DNA from: Phoronis australis
Taxonomy: Eukaryota; Animalia; Phoronida
Length of the DNA stretch: 64,000 bases
Direction of reading: 5' to 3'
NCBI GenBank assembly: GCA_002633005.1
Contig: NMRA01000278.1
Span: forward strand, 112,048 to 176,047
Under the pieces are notes generated by a model that searched no databases, was not told the origin of the DNA, and saw only the letters and a list, made by a program, of their open reading frames with translations. Every line of letters begins with the position of its first letter. The first letter of the stretch is position 1. Of the stretch, positions 25,901 through 38,297 are shown piece after piece. The position numbers and the translations under genes are program-made.

Positions 25901-27137
25901 AAATATCCGTACCTGTTATGTTTCAGAAATTGCAAATTCCATTGGCGCACTGCCACCATGCTCGGCTGCTTTTGTGTAGTACAAGAAGCATTGCGTGACA
26001 CTTTGTATGTCCAATAACACGACACTTCTGCTCGTATCCACCGTCCTCTTTTCACTTGCGATCTCGAAGATCTTGATTAGTTTTAGTATGAACTTTGCTA
26101 ATAGTTTGAGAGGACTTTTTCAAGCGCAGATACAGTGATTTGTTCAGGAGATCTGAAAATGGGCCAGCATGCACTACAGGCAGTGCGTGAGATTCTTAGT
26201 CTGTTACGGTGTTTGAAAACTGGCCAAGCAATGGGTAATGGGCACCCTTAATAAGAATAAAACCTGCTTCTCTGAAGTATGAGATGGTGATGGGTTTGTA
26301 TTATTAACTCATAAGTACATTAAACTTGACTTTTGATTTCTGTAATCCTATAACAAATTTTTATTTTTGCACCAGCAAAACTGAAAATCCGCGAAGAAAA
26401 AATCTCATACAGCTTCCCATGATCTCCTTCGTCACTGATGTAGCAAAACGAATGATATTTGTTCTATTTGGCATCTTGGTCGACAGATAATTGCACAATC
26501 GAGTAGCGCCTCCTAGAGTCTTTTAATCAAACTGACAGTCACAGATTGGCAGAAAAGTGTGTAAGTGAGTTATGTAAAAAACTGACTGCACAAAAACTAT
26601 GAAAGAGACAAGATTTTTTATTCTTGCGTTGGGCTGAACAAAGACAGCAGTTCCAAAAGAATCCGATATAGATTTGGGAGAGTGATAAAAATGCGTAAAA
26701 ATGGCCTTAATAATAAGTAGTGAAAATGATGTTTTTGTAGGCTAAAATGGGAGGACATAAAAATCAATAAATCCACCCGAACTAGTTTTTCTTGTATGTT
26801 ATTCTTTCTCCTTTCTGCTATATAGTTATTTTTTTCAATGGCGTGAAGCGATGATGTGCTGTTGCTGACAAAATGTCACCTACTTCCAAGTACTATTATT
26901 TGCTACTTTTCAGAAAAAGTACAAAGTGGTCGTAAAAAGGGTTAAAAAAAAACTCGGAAACTCTTAAAAATTCAGGTTCAGGTTTCTTTTGACATGGCCA
27001 GCTGATGTGCTAAGTTTCAAAAAATTGGTGATTTTGCATATATAGCCCACCATCTGGTTTTTATATGGAATTGCTCTTAACTCTTCACCGGTATAATCGA
27101 ATTGTTTCGCTTGCGTAATACACTTTTCAAAATCCAT
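22907..27137 (-). pseudogene. gag: Gypsy gag (coiled-coil N-terminus, capsid/SCAN-like region, CCHC knuckle), interrupted by a DNA transposon
   Basis: ATG at 27137 (MDFEKCITQAKQFDYTGEEL) continues in frame across the TTAA into RKCAEELLRQALERE.. below 23929. Then PKLPRFDERVDDMDAFLARFE..LIREQFL and CFNCHRKGHLARDC. One premature TAA near 23805. Confidence 0.88.
23933..27076 (+). mobile_element. Internally deleted TTAA-specific DNA transposon, Sola3-like
   Basis: TTAA TSD (23929-23932 and 27077-27080); imperfect TIRs of about 25 bp (gaatgattccatataaaacca / tggttttttatatggaattgctc), with the right end CTC-3'. Decayed protein pieces CVKDVRSHL..SELQLILARA and EKWLSEQQIAGFFSRM. Confidence 0.65.
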
Positions 27138-27246
27138 GGTAGAGGAAGGGTATTATTCCCAGAATGCACTTTATTAATTAATATCCTAACGGTAATTACT
27201 GAATTCAAAACAATTCAACACAACCACGTAAACCTTTACTTAAACT

Positions 27247-27264
27247 CTCCCGGACTGGCCCCCA
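27247..27264 (-). promoter_or_regulatory. Primer binding site, tRNA-Pro-like
   Basis: Minus strand TGGGGGCCAGTCCGGGAG 2 nt after the 5' LTR; the canonical tRNA-Pro PBS is TGGGGGCTCGTCCGGGAT. Confidence 0.8.
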
Positions 27265-27266
27265 AA

Positions 27267-28096
27267 TGTCAGATGTTTGACTGTGGGTTTGTTTAAAATG
27301 TAGCTATGCTTTGAAGTTGTGCGTGGATGGAGAGTGAATAATCAAATCCAGTAATTAATTTATTATATGATAACCCCTAATTAGACAAATGAAACCTATT
27401 GTTAATTAAGTAATCAACTACAAAGAGTAACTACACTAGCGCCCTCTTTAAAGATTACTTTAATCAAACAACCAAAACAATCAAATGTCTTATCTGCTAT
27501 CCAAGATAAGACTCTCCACTTGTTGGATGTCTGTCCTGTTGGTGAATCTTCGAACTACACACACTGTATAGCGACAGTGTACTTGTTGGTCACCGTCTCT
27601 GATGATGCAACACTTCAGGTAGTATCTTACTACCAAAAATGCAAGTGACAAGCTCTTAGTTAACTTCCTGTTCGTTAACCCTTGCCCTTGCCAAGATCCT
27701 TTCTAGAATCTTCCACGAGATGGCCCTGTCGTACAATTTCCTCTGTATACTGTAGCAAGTCTTTATGCTTCAACTACTATAGCGCATCTGATTATCTTCT
27801 TGATTTCAGCCCATAATATAACATTCTATTTATTTAGTGATTGGCTAATAGAAACCACATGATCATAGCCACTCGTATTATTGGCTGTTACAATTTGTTC
27901 TCATAATATTCTAGAATCTCTGGAGTACTTTGACCCCAGAACCCAAAGTTGTAAACACCATCTAAAAATAGATTTTGACGTTCAAATACATGTCAACAAG
28001 TCTGACCCCATGATTTAAAAGTACATATGCACAAATTTTGGGCAATTTAAAATGGATCTATTCTTACTAATTACTTAATCAATATTTATTCTGACT
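27267..28096 (-). repeat. 5' LTR of the Gypsy element
   Basis: Direct repeat of 18580-19409; terminal base mutated (ctgact). Confidence 0.95.
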
Positions 28097-28784
28097 CTCA
28101 TAAATATAGTCGTAACATGCTACAACTACAAAGGTCTATCTTCAACTTTTATGACGCATTACGCTACCAGAATGGTGGTAAGTAAAACAAAATATAATTA
28201 AAATTTACCAATAGAAGTAATAGACTCTGTAAAATTCTGATAAGAGATAAAACATCTCCCAAGTTAATTGTATCAGTTAAAGCGATAGTAACCAATCTTT
28301 CTTCGCAAAACAAAATGTTTATTTAGACCATCTGCTGTAGTGAATCTGGTCTCAAATCATTCACGTGCAGAACTGGTGGTAATTTTAGGGCTTTAAAAGA
28401 GTTACTGCTCGTCATTGGTTGAGACCAGTCTCTGCAAACGCGCTTGTCACAGCGTGTGTGTGAACTTTTAAAAACCCACGAGCCTGAGGGTAGCAGCTAA
28501 CATTTCATTTGATGATGAAATTAATTGCTAAGTTTTGAGTTACAGACTAGCTACACCCGTCGTATTTTCATGCCAAGTTATACTTGTTCAATTGAAAGAT
28601 CTTTCTGACGGGTATAAAAATATGGCGCATTACCCAATCTCGAAGTTTTATTGAAAAGTAGTAAATCAGTAAAAACCATTAGATTTCTCCCCACAATTTG
28701 CGAAAATAACTGAAAGTTTTCTGAAAAAGTCATTTCTTTATCATTTATCATCAGAAAGCCACACCGTTATCGTTCTTTACTTAC

Positions 28785-29036
28785 CTAAGCAAAGATACTT
28801 TTTGCAAGTTTTTTTGCAATAGTCCCACATGTAGTAAGGGTCGAGATGACACAATCCTTTCTTTCCCCAATAGGCACAATTTTTGTCAGTATCTTTATTT
28901 TTGCAGTCACCAAATACACACATCAGCTGATGACACGTCCGTCGACAGTGGTAGTTCATATACGTGGAGTCGCGATCACAGTCACCACTTCGAGCACGTT
29001 TTAAGCATTCGTTTCCACTAACTGGGGCACAGAAAG
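28785..29036 (-). CDS. Multi-ShK gene, exon B (two ShK-like domains ending C-x3-C-x4-C)
   Basis: Acceptor ctacattttag|CT, donor TTA G|GTAAGT, 252 bp. Encodes PFCAPVSGNECLKRARSGDCDRDSTYMNYHCRRTCHQLMC-VFGD-CKNKDTDKNCAYWGKKGLCHLDPYYMWDYCKKTCKKYLCL. Confidence 0.88.
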
Positions 29037-29345
29037 CTAAAATGTAGTAAAATGTGGAAGCTTTTCATACAATTTCCAGATAAAATTCATAAAACTACAT
29101 GTACCTTAGGTTAGACCACTTCTGAAATATTCAATATTCAAAACATTATTAACATTGGCACCGCAGTGTAAAATATGAAAAATGTTAAGAACAGGTTGCA
29201 AAGGTTTCGGTTGGTTTCACAAGTGAAACGCTTGATACGGATGTTAGCTATTGTTTTAAAAGTTGTTAACTGTACAAAATTGGAAATTTAAAATAGGAAT
29301 GCCACTTTACGTATTTTAGTTTAAAAGAAAAAAATCAAAACTCAC

Positions 29346-29606
29346 GACGCGGAAAATCCCCACACATTCCACACGCTAACCGGCAATTTTCATACATGAA
29401 GATAAGGTTAGCACTGCATTCGCCTGAGGAAGCCCACACATAGCATTCAAGTTCATTCTTGTAAGTGTTCTTGCAGGAGGCTGGTTGTGAGCACACCCGA
29501 CAGGAAGCGCGGCAGTGAGCTAACATCCATGTCCTTCGGTCATAACATATGCCGATTGAGGCCCACATTTGGCACTCTGTCTTGTTGTGCCATAGGTCTT
29601 CGCATC
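29346..29606 (-). CDS. Multi-ShK gene, exon A (two canonical ShK domains)
   Basis: Acceptor tttgtatttacag|GA, donor CGT C|GTGAGT, 261 bp. Encodes CEDLWHNKTECQMWASIGICYDRRTWMLAHCRASCRVC-SQPAS-CKNTYKNELECYVWASSGECSANLIFMYENCRLACGMCGDFPR. Confidence 0.9.
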
Positions 29607-30272
29607 CTGTAAATACAAACTCAGGAATTTCTAGCTTCTTGGCAAAATAGCCAATACAGCAAGCAGTCTCTCTCCAGGCAATGGCATTTCTTGAAATCAT
29701 TTTCCATCATCACCATAACTGCTTTAACGGAGGTCGATATGCATTCACTATCATGTAGGCGTGTTCGCCTATTTAAGCCCATGAGCATGGAGACAAGAAC
29801 AGGGAATCATCAAGAATCAAAAATTTATAAAATAGTATCTTTTACTGAAAATTGACTTATCCGATACAATACGCCAGACGTTGTATTCTACATTATTGTG
29901 ACGATGGCTTTCCTACTTGAGTTTAACATAAATCCACGGATATTGGTGCCTGTTTACATACTAAAAGTGATTGGCCTGGACGCTACAAGCTAGCGGTTTT
30001 AACTAAATACTTCAAGATGGCGCACCGGATATAATCCGATTGTCAAGCATTCAATGTTGAATTTCAACATATCAAACAAGTTCTAGTTAATAATAGTTAT
30101 TCTAATTTTTTGTTGATAACCATGTTAGGTCTTTCATATCTATTATCGACTCCTATACAGACACTGTACCTAGCACTAGGGCCACTAAGAACGTGTATTA
30201 TAAGTACCGTACGTCTAACAATTATCTGAGTGACAAACAAGTGCTTAAGAAGATTGTAAGGGATAACGTTAA

Positions 30273-31670
30273 AGGAGAAGGCAACCTTTTCAATGTCATT
30301 TTGAGCAAAATTAAGGTTCTTTAATCATCGAATTTGTTAAATGCACGACACTTTTCATTGTTCACAGTCTTTATTCAGTTACGTTCGTACTTTTGGAACA
30401 AAACTCTACTCTCAACTGAACATAGATACAGTAACTGACCTAGCGACATAAATAAAAGACACACGATATTTCGAAATAAACTTGTAAACTCACATGACTG
30501 CTATTTTTTATGAAAATTGCATTTTTGCTGTGAACATAAGAGTGTGATAGCATTTGCACATAATATTCTCACTGCCAATACGCAAGCATTGATGCTACTC
30601 GCAATAGAAAAATTATCCATCATTTTTAAACAACCCACGTCTTCATATCTTCTGTTTGAAGAACAATAACAATCTGAGAAACAGTTCCCTCAGCCTTAGA
30701 CCATAGGAGTGCTTGACAGACCCACGAATTCGTTAAAGGTTTCTAAAATTGCTGATAGCATCAATTGAAAATGGGTGATAAAGGTTTGAATAATATTTTG
30801 GAGACAAGTGATGCGTTTAAAGAATTGCTATGGCTAGGAAAAGAGGAAGTTTTATACAATTTTTGTTATATACACCACTGCGTTCTGGAAATAGTAGTTA
30901 TATAATTTTGTATGAAAATGTAGAGCAGTTACCATATCATATTTTTGAAAAACAGGAGCAATTTGGTACACATTATGCGGAAATGACTTTCAGTAACTGC
31001 ATCGATTGTCTTATTGTCAGTGGAAAACCCGTTAATGTTACACTTTGATAATCGAATAAATCAACAGAAAAGTTTGTCACTAGTTATCCAAACCACAATG
31101 TTTTTGCAGTTTTAACGCTCCATACGGTGCAGTAAGTTGTGCTTCTTCTTTCTACAGCTAACTGATTTCCGATTACACTTGCGCATTAACATTTTCCTGT
31201 TGAGCTATAGATATGTTCGGCGATCAAAACGAAGAGTATTCCCTTTGTTTGCATTTGATTTTTTGTATGCAACAATTTTTAGAGCTTTCTTAAGAAGGCC
31301 TTTACACAGTTTTAAGTTTTGTGTTAACTTGTCTATAACAAACGTTCAACATGCAAGCAAAGTATGTTTTCAATCTTAGCTAGTTGGATAAGAATCTGCT
31401 ATGCACAAGATTCGAGAATAAACATTAATCAGTGTTTTAAAAACAAAATGGCAAACTGAACAATAACATATACACAAAGGAACAACATAGTTGAAAACAA
31501 TTGTAATTTTCCCAATACAACGAAGTCCACAATCAATATATCAAGGATTGACTTTCTGAACTGAGAGGTTCAATAATCTCAGGTTATTGCTGAAGGACTG
31601 CTTTTCACTTTGTCGATAGGTAAAATAGACGGTAAGGTGGCTGGTTTCAGTTGTTTTCTCACACCTGTAA
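30273..31670 (-). mobile_element. Possible Kolobok-like relic
   Basis: TTAA followed by AGGAGAAGGCAACC at about 30269. A minus-strand spliced piece VRKQLKPATLPSIL (about 31620-31665) resembles the THAP AVPTIF box. The other terminus was not found. Confidence 0.3.
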
Positions 31671-31846
31671 CAGAATAGTCAGAGAAATGTCAACAAATTT
31701 TAAAAGAAAACACAAGACAAAACTACTTTTGTAAGGCAGAACATTATTGACATTTCATTTTCATGTTCGTACTATGTAGAAACTAATAAGCCTTATTGAA
31801 GATCTGAACTGAAATTTGTGAAACAAGCTAAAAGTGATCTAAGCAT

Positions 31847-34800
31847 GTGTATATTCATGACACATCTTCAAGGGGTTGTGATGCGGATAGTTTCTATAGT
31901 CATCTATTATGCCAGTTATATTTACATGCAGAAATAGCAGATGACGTTGTTATATGTGGAGATTTTAACTCGAGAGTGGGTAACTTGAATGATTACATTC
32001 CAGATGTTGATTGTCAAGTAAATAAACGAGTCGTAATTGATAAAACTGTAAATAGTCATGGTAGAAGTTTGATTGATTTTTTGTTAGGGTCTAAAACTTG
32101 CATAGTGAATGGTAGGAAAGAAATAAGTAAAGATAACTTCACCTCAATAAATCATAGAGGAAGAGCGGTTGTAGATTACGTAATGGTCTCCATGAGTCGC
32201 TGCAGTCTTGTCTTAAATTTGAGGTCCATGCCTGTACAGAGGTAATTGAAAAACATCGTTTACAGGGTTTGTTGTCGGAAAAGTCAAAACTGCCTGATCA
32301 CAGTGTATTGTTATTAGAAATTATGCTACACGTTCCAGTGAATATCAGTGACGAAACTGTAGAGGATCACGGTACGGATTACTCCTTTGATATGCGATTT
32401 AGAAAGCGGTTTAAATTAAATTATATCCCTAGTGAATTCATGGACAATGAGATTTTTAAAAGGGCGATTGGAGAAATGCTTTTGATATTAGAAAATGAGT
32501 GTCGAAGACAATATGAAGTCGATGAGATCTATAACTCCCTCTGCGAAATTATAAAAACAGAAATGGAATTGCATTTAAAATGTACTCAATGTTGAAATAA
32601 AAATCTGAAAAAGATTTAAGGCAAACAAGCCCTTTTGGAATGATGAATTAACGCAGCTTTGGAAAAATGTGGCCAAAAAAGAAAAAGTATTTCTCAAAGA
32701 AAAAAATAATAAACGTCGAAGGGAGCGACTTTATGAATACAAGAACTCTAGATATTACTTTTGACAAAAGATTCAGGTTTTTAAAAAGGCAGTATTTGAA
32801 AAATAAATTAGCACTTATTGAAGAATCATGTGAAAATGACCCCAATGTTTTTTGGAAGGAACTCAAGAACTTGGGACCTCAGCTCAAGAAGAGACATGAA
32901 AATACTATTCCCTCAGAAAGATGGGAGGCCAATTTCAGAGGTTTGTTTGCGAAAATTCCAATGGCTGAAAGTCAAAACATAGATGATTTGGAGAAAGCAA
33001 TGCAATATTCTGAACTTTCGGGTCATGTAAAAGAAGCACTGGAAAAAAGTTTTTCGTTTTTTGAAGTCTATTCTGTTATTCGCAAATTATAATCACGTAA
33101 GGCCACTGGTATAGACGGTATCCCATACGAAGTGCTGAGATCTCCAGAGATGGTTAATATTTTGGTCTCGCTCTTTTAGAAGGTTTTTGACACTGGATTT
33201 ACCCCCATCATTATGGTATAAAGCGATTATCACCCCTATACCGAAAGGGTCAGATAGAGATTTGAATTTACCGTCCCACTATAGAGGCATAAGTCTGCTC
33301 TCCACCGTGAGCAAAGTGTATTGTAATGTACTAAACAAGAGATTAACCGAGTTTCTGAATGTCGAACNTGGTTTCCGACAGGGGAGGTCTTGTCTTGACC
33401 ACGTGTTTACACTAACGTCTATTGTTAGAAATAGAATAGCTTGTGATAGACCAACGTTTGCGATATTCGTCGATATGGAACGGGCTTTTGACAATTTAGA
33501 TTGAAACTTCTTATTGAAAAAATTAATTAATTAAGGAGGGGTTGGAAAATTCTATCATTCAGTAAAATCGTTGTATGCGCAGACAGAAACCTGTGTACAA
33601 TTAGTTCTGTCAAGTTATACCAACTGGTTTCCAGTACAACGAGGGGTCAGGCAGTGAGAGCCATTGTCGCCTACATTGTTTTCAATTTTCATAAATGATT
33701 TGATTAATGATTTGAACAGTTGTAGCAAAGGTATCAATTTTGATGGATGTAATTTATCATCTGTTGTATGCAGATGACATTGTGATTTTTTTCTGGTAAT
33801 GAAGCCTATTTACAGGATTTACTGAACGTATTGAGTAATTGGTGTACAAGGTGGCAAATGTCTGAAAAATTTTCCAAGGCTGATGTGGTTCATTTTCGCA
33901 AGAGGGGACATATAAGAACGAGTTTTGAATTCATTTTGTGCGATCGCATTGTGAATTTAAAAGAATGTTATAAGTATTTGGGTGTAACTCTGAATGAGTT
34001 TATGGATTTCAGTTTGACAGCTGAGGTACTGGCAGACTCCGCGTCCAGAGCGTTGGGAGCTCTGGTGAGTAAGTACAAACATATTGGTAACATGGGTTTC
34101 AACAGTTACAGTAAATCTTTTGAAATGTCCGTAGCTTCAATTCTAGAATATGGATCTGGAATTTGGGGATACTCTCAATACTCAAAATGTGAAATGATCA
34201 GAACGAGAGCACTACGTATATTTTTAGGGGTCCACAAGTATGCTGCCAATGCAGTACTTTATGGCGACTCGGGTTGGCCAAATTCACACTACAAACAACA
34301 GGAAAACATGTTACGACTCTGGAATCGTTTAGTTCTAATGGATGAAAGCAGAATTGCAAAAAAGTCTTTTTATGGGACCTTAAACATCGGAACTCCTGCA
34401 ACTGGTCAAATTCAATATTTAAAATTATGGAGAAGTGCGACTTTTTAGAAAATTTCAGCAACAAACAAGTTGTGTCTCTCGAAAACTTCAGAACATTCAG
34501 GTTCCAGTTAGAAGAGTTAAATTGGTTAAAAATAATCACTGAGAAACCAAAACTGTACTTATAGAGATCTATTAAGAATGACTATTGTGTAGAAGAGTAT
34601 TTACGTCTGCCGGTGTCTCAGAGGTCCGTCATAGCTCGATTGAGAGCAGGTATTCTACCATTAGAGGTTGAGGTGGGGCGGTACTTCGGAATTCATGTGA
34701 ATGAACGGATTTGTCGTGTTTGTAAAAAAGGAATTGAAGATGAAGTTCATTTCATTTTTGATTGTGAAAATATACTCACATTCGACCATATTTTACGGCG

Positions 34801-35060
34801 TTCTGCCCTACCTCAAATATTCCAAAATAACTTGAAAGGTCTAGCGAAATTCATTCAAGACGCTTTGCAGGTTAGAAGTAATTGTTTGTTTATAAACTAG
34901 TCTGAAGTGGTCATATTTGAGCTTGTGCAATTTGTTATGTAACGATTTAATTATTATTAGGTGACTGAGTAAGTCCATTGAGGCTGGGGGGTGTGGTGAA
35001 TAATCTGTCTTTGATATTGTATTTACTGGTACCCTTATGTCACTATAATAAATAAATACA
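31847..35060 (+). mobile_element. Decayed CR1/L2-group LINE ORF2 (APE endonuclease + RT) with 3' UTR
   Basis: VICGDFNSRVG, GRAVVDY, LPDHSVL; YRGISLLS, GFRQGRSCLDHVF, FVDMERAFD, (Y)ADD, YKYLGV; ERICRVCKKGIEDEVHFIFDC; tail aataaataaa. Confidence 0.9.
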
Positions 35061-35327
35061 CACACTTCAACAGCGACCTCTGGCATGGAAAGTTCAAAAG
35101 GTAGGTCAATGTCGACTCTACGTCTTTAGCCGGTTCGATCATCAAAAGTTTCCGAATATAGTTTAAAGTAACACAGTGTAACTAACACTCGACATGCACC
35201 AGGCCCTAAACATAAAATCTGGAACAAAACCGTTAATCATAAGACACTTATGTCTCAGTTTTCAATTGCTGAATAGTTATCGTCTGCAACTAAGGCGCCG
35301 ATTCCTAGGAAATTAAATATCAAATAT

Positions 35328-35484
35328 AAGTGGCGGATTTAGAGGGGGGCCAAGGGGGCCATGCCCCCCCTAAAATTCTCCAAGATTCCATTGGGCAGTT
35401 CGGGAGTGCCAATGTCTGACAGGCAAAATCCTTACTAATACTCTGCCCTGGCCCCCCTAACTCAAAGTCCTGGATTCGCCCATG
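35328..35484. mobile_element. Small MITE (CAGTGGCGGA-type termini)
   Basis: aagtggcggatttagagggggg...cctggattcgcccatg, flanked by aatat on both sides. Confidence 0.5.
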
Positions 35485-37640
35485 AATATTGTTGTTTTTT
35501 AACTATTTCCAGGAGATGTTACAAGTTCACTGCTCAGTTGCTGTTGTTTTCATCTTTGCTACCTCTTTTCAAGAAATAAATCGTAATTACTTTTAAAACT
35601 GTTTCTTTTACAAGAGAAAACTTGCAACCTAACGCGCAAGTACATGCATATAGCATGTGATCCGCCATGTGAACAGTCTGGGTGAAATATTCAAAAAATC
35701 TGTCGAAAAAATGCAAGAAACTTAGAGATTCGATGCGTATAGGAAAAATACAAAACGTATAATGTCTCTTGGGATATTACTTCATGTACGCCACTCTCGG
35801 TACGTTTTGTACATACACATACGTTTGCAGTTCAATTGGTCAATTGTTGCATACAATGAATGACAGGACTTTACATGCCCACATATGGCTCATCGATTTC
35901 CATGAGTTTCTATTATTTATGCTCGGAATATGTCCCGAAAATAATAGGTGCGTCGCAAGCTCCGTTTCCAGAGATACAAAGGAGACCGTGTATAGGCGAT
36001 ATAAGGTCATTTATTATGACTGATAAGGTACAGAAGTATGAGTGTACAAATAACATAAAGATAAAACAATAATCTCTGGAAAGATGGGCAATCAAAAGCG
36101 CCATAAGAGATGTTGAAGACATCTCATGCCCATCCGCAGGGACGCACCAAAAGAAAAGGGAGGAAAAGGAGGTATTGTGTAGATTCGCATACTTACAGAG
36201 GCTGGCAGCCGGATACCAAACCCTAACTCCAGGGGCCAAGGCTGGAGGGGGAGGTACGTTTACCCAAGTGCTGCAACAGCTGCCGGGTGTGAACTCACCC
36301 TGGTGTCGTGGCAGTAACGAACTGAACTATAGTAAGGCTAAAAATACAAACGCAATACATAAAAGACTGAACAAAACAATTAGACAAAGTGGCAAAGTGG
36401 TAAATAGGAAAAACAAGTTACACGGAGTGAAACGAAAGCACCATAAGTAAGATAAGGAAAGAGGTAAATAATGACCCCTCAAACGAACAACAGCACGAAC
36501 TGAAAATGTTACAGAGGCGATGCAGGGCAAGCCCGAAACATAAGAGAAAGTACCTAAGATATGAAAAAAGAGAGGCTAACAGGAACTGAAGTACCAAGGT
36601 GACGAGATAAACAAAATTATTTTTTTCTACTTTGTGTTCAAGTGTTTCACACGAACGCATGCCTCAAATCTTTTTGTTAGAATTAATCAAGTGGTGTCGG
36701 GTCAAGGAACTTTTAGACTCATACTAAAAACTTTGGGAATGCATTGATGTAATGGCTCGCCGGAGAGCGGACCCCTTTGACAGCTGATCGTCTTGTCGGT
36801 TTACAAACAACCGGAACTGAAAAATAGGTACTATACAATTATAACGACAAAAAAGGTTAATCACTGTATAATACCATTTTCTAAACTTTATTCATTTCAG
36901 TAATTGTCTTTTCGACTGAGTCGGCAAAATCTCCCAGGCCCTAGCAGCACTGCGTGAGAATTTCAGCCAAAGCATTAGGGATTTTGTCTTTGCAATGACT
37001 TATATGACCGTTAAAGCAATACGTGGGTCACAGGGTTCACATTGTTTTATGTTACCAAAATTTTAGAATTTCGTATGTATTTAAAATTTCAAATTTTATT
37101 CTGAAAATTCCCCGGCTTCCATAAGGCGACCGTGCTTTTGTTTACATAACGTTCATCGTCAATATGGCAGACCGCGTGCCGCGCGCTGTCTGGCTTGTGA
37201 GTATGGTCGTGTAGTCTCTATATATATAGCTCATTGAAAGTAACTCTCACCACCTGCTGTCGAAGTGCGCATGCACAGACGACCTACAAGAGACCATATT
37301 CAAAGACTTTAAAGGAGTATGCCACCCAAAAAAACAACCTAATTTGTATCAATTTAGATCGAGTAGTTCTACTCGATAACGGCACGTATGGTTGCGTTAC
37401 CTGACACCTGACAGAAGACGGAGGTGTTGAAATTATCCAATGACGTCATTGGTTTCACGAGGAGTCGGTTCAGCAGTTCACAATGCGGGTTACTGCTATC
37501 AGCTTATCGCTTGAATTCATCGTTTAACACCAATAAATCATCAAACTTCGATGTAAAACCCTTAAAAATACACAGAGTTCTTATAAAAACGTGTTGTTTT
37601 ATTTCGTTGTTACGGATTTATTGGTCTTTGGAAACACCGG

Positions 37641-38080
37641 TGTGACCTACAAAGTTCGGCAGGCCACTCCGTAGCAGGAGTTTGGGGTCTGTTCGGAGAT
37701 AAATTCGAAGTATTTTTCCGTGAGATACAGACAGGAGAACCTAGATCTGTGTTGTTTAGAGTTGTGATTTTTTGAGTTCTAAGCACACAAAACGCTTGTT
37801 ATCCTGGCCAGTGGCTCGGAACCAGATCAGGCCCGTTGCGGACGGACTGAAGACATCACGAACATAAACCAGCCGAAGTTGGAAACTAAACTTCCAGTCA
37901 AGAAAATACTATACTAGTGAGCCAAAGAAGTACGACAGGGCACGTCGTTGTACGTTGGAAATCAGTAATTGAATAATGTGAATGTAAATAAAGATTCCCC
38001 TAACACCTGGCTATGGGATAGAAATCGAGCTGTTTCATTACAGTTTCTGTCAGCAAAGACTGAATTAGCATGAGCTCACA
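37641..38080 (+). mobile_element. Possible solo LTR
   Basis: TGTGA...TCACA ends, AATAAA at about 37987, cgg on both flanks (imperfect TSD). Confidence 0.35.
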
Positions 38081-38297
38081 CGGCCTTGGTGTCCGGTCAA
38101 TTAGTTTTATTGCACCTAAAGCCGGTAACGCAGTGATTTATTCATTGCTGGCTTCTAAAATCATTTGCACTCACGAATACTCCAAAGACATTACAGATTA
38201 CATCTAATGAAACAGACTTTGTTTCAGTTTTATATAAGTTGTGGTTAGGGTAAGAATAATTCATTTTGAAACAGAATGCGCAGTTATAAACGTCAAC

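Larger units (their letters stand above)
18580..28096 (-). mobile_element. Full-length Gmr1-like Ty3/Gypsy LTR retrotransposon (gag-PR-IN-RT-RH), inactivated
   Basis: Two 830-bp LTRs, 5-bp TSD CTCAT (18575-18579 and 28097-28101), PBS, PPT, and gag/pol domains. Confidence 0.95.

Noticed and set aside
29607-29700. ORF-track N-terminus MISRNAIAW... as the true start of the ShK protein
   Set aside because: It is not a signal peptide, and a good polypyrimidine/CAG acceptor precedes 29606, so it is probably intron.
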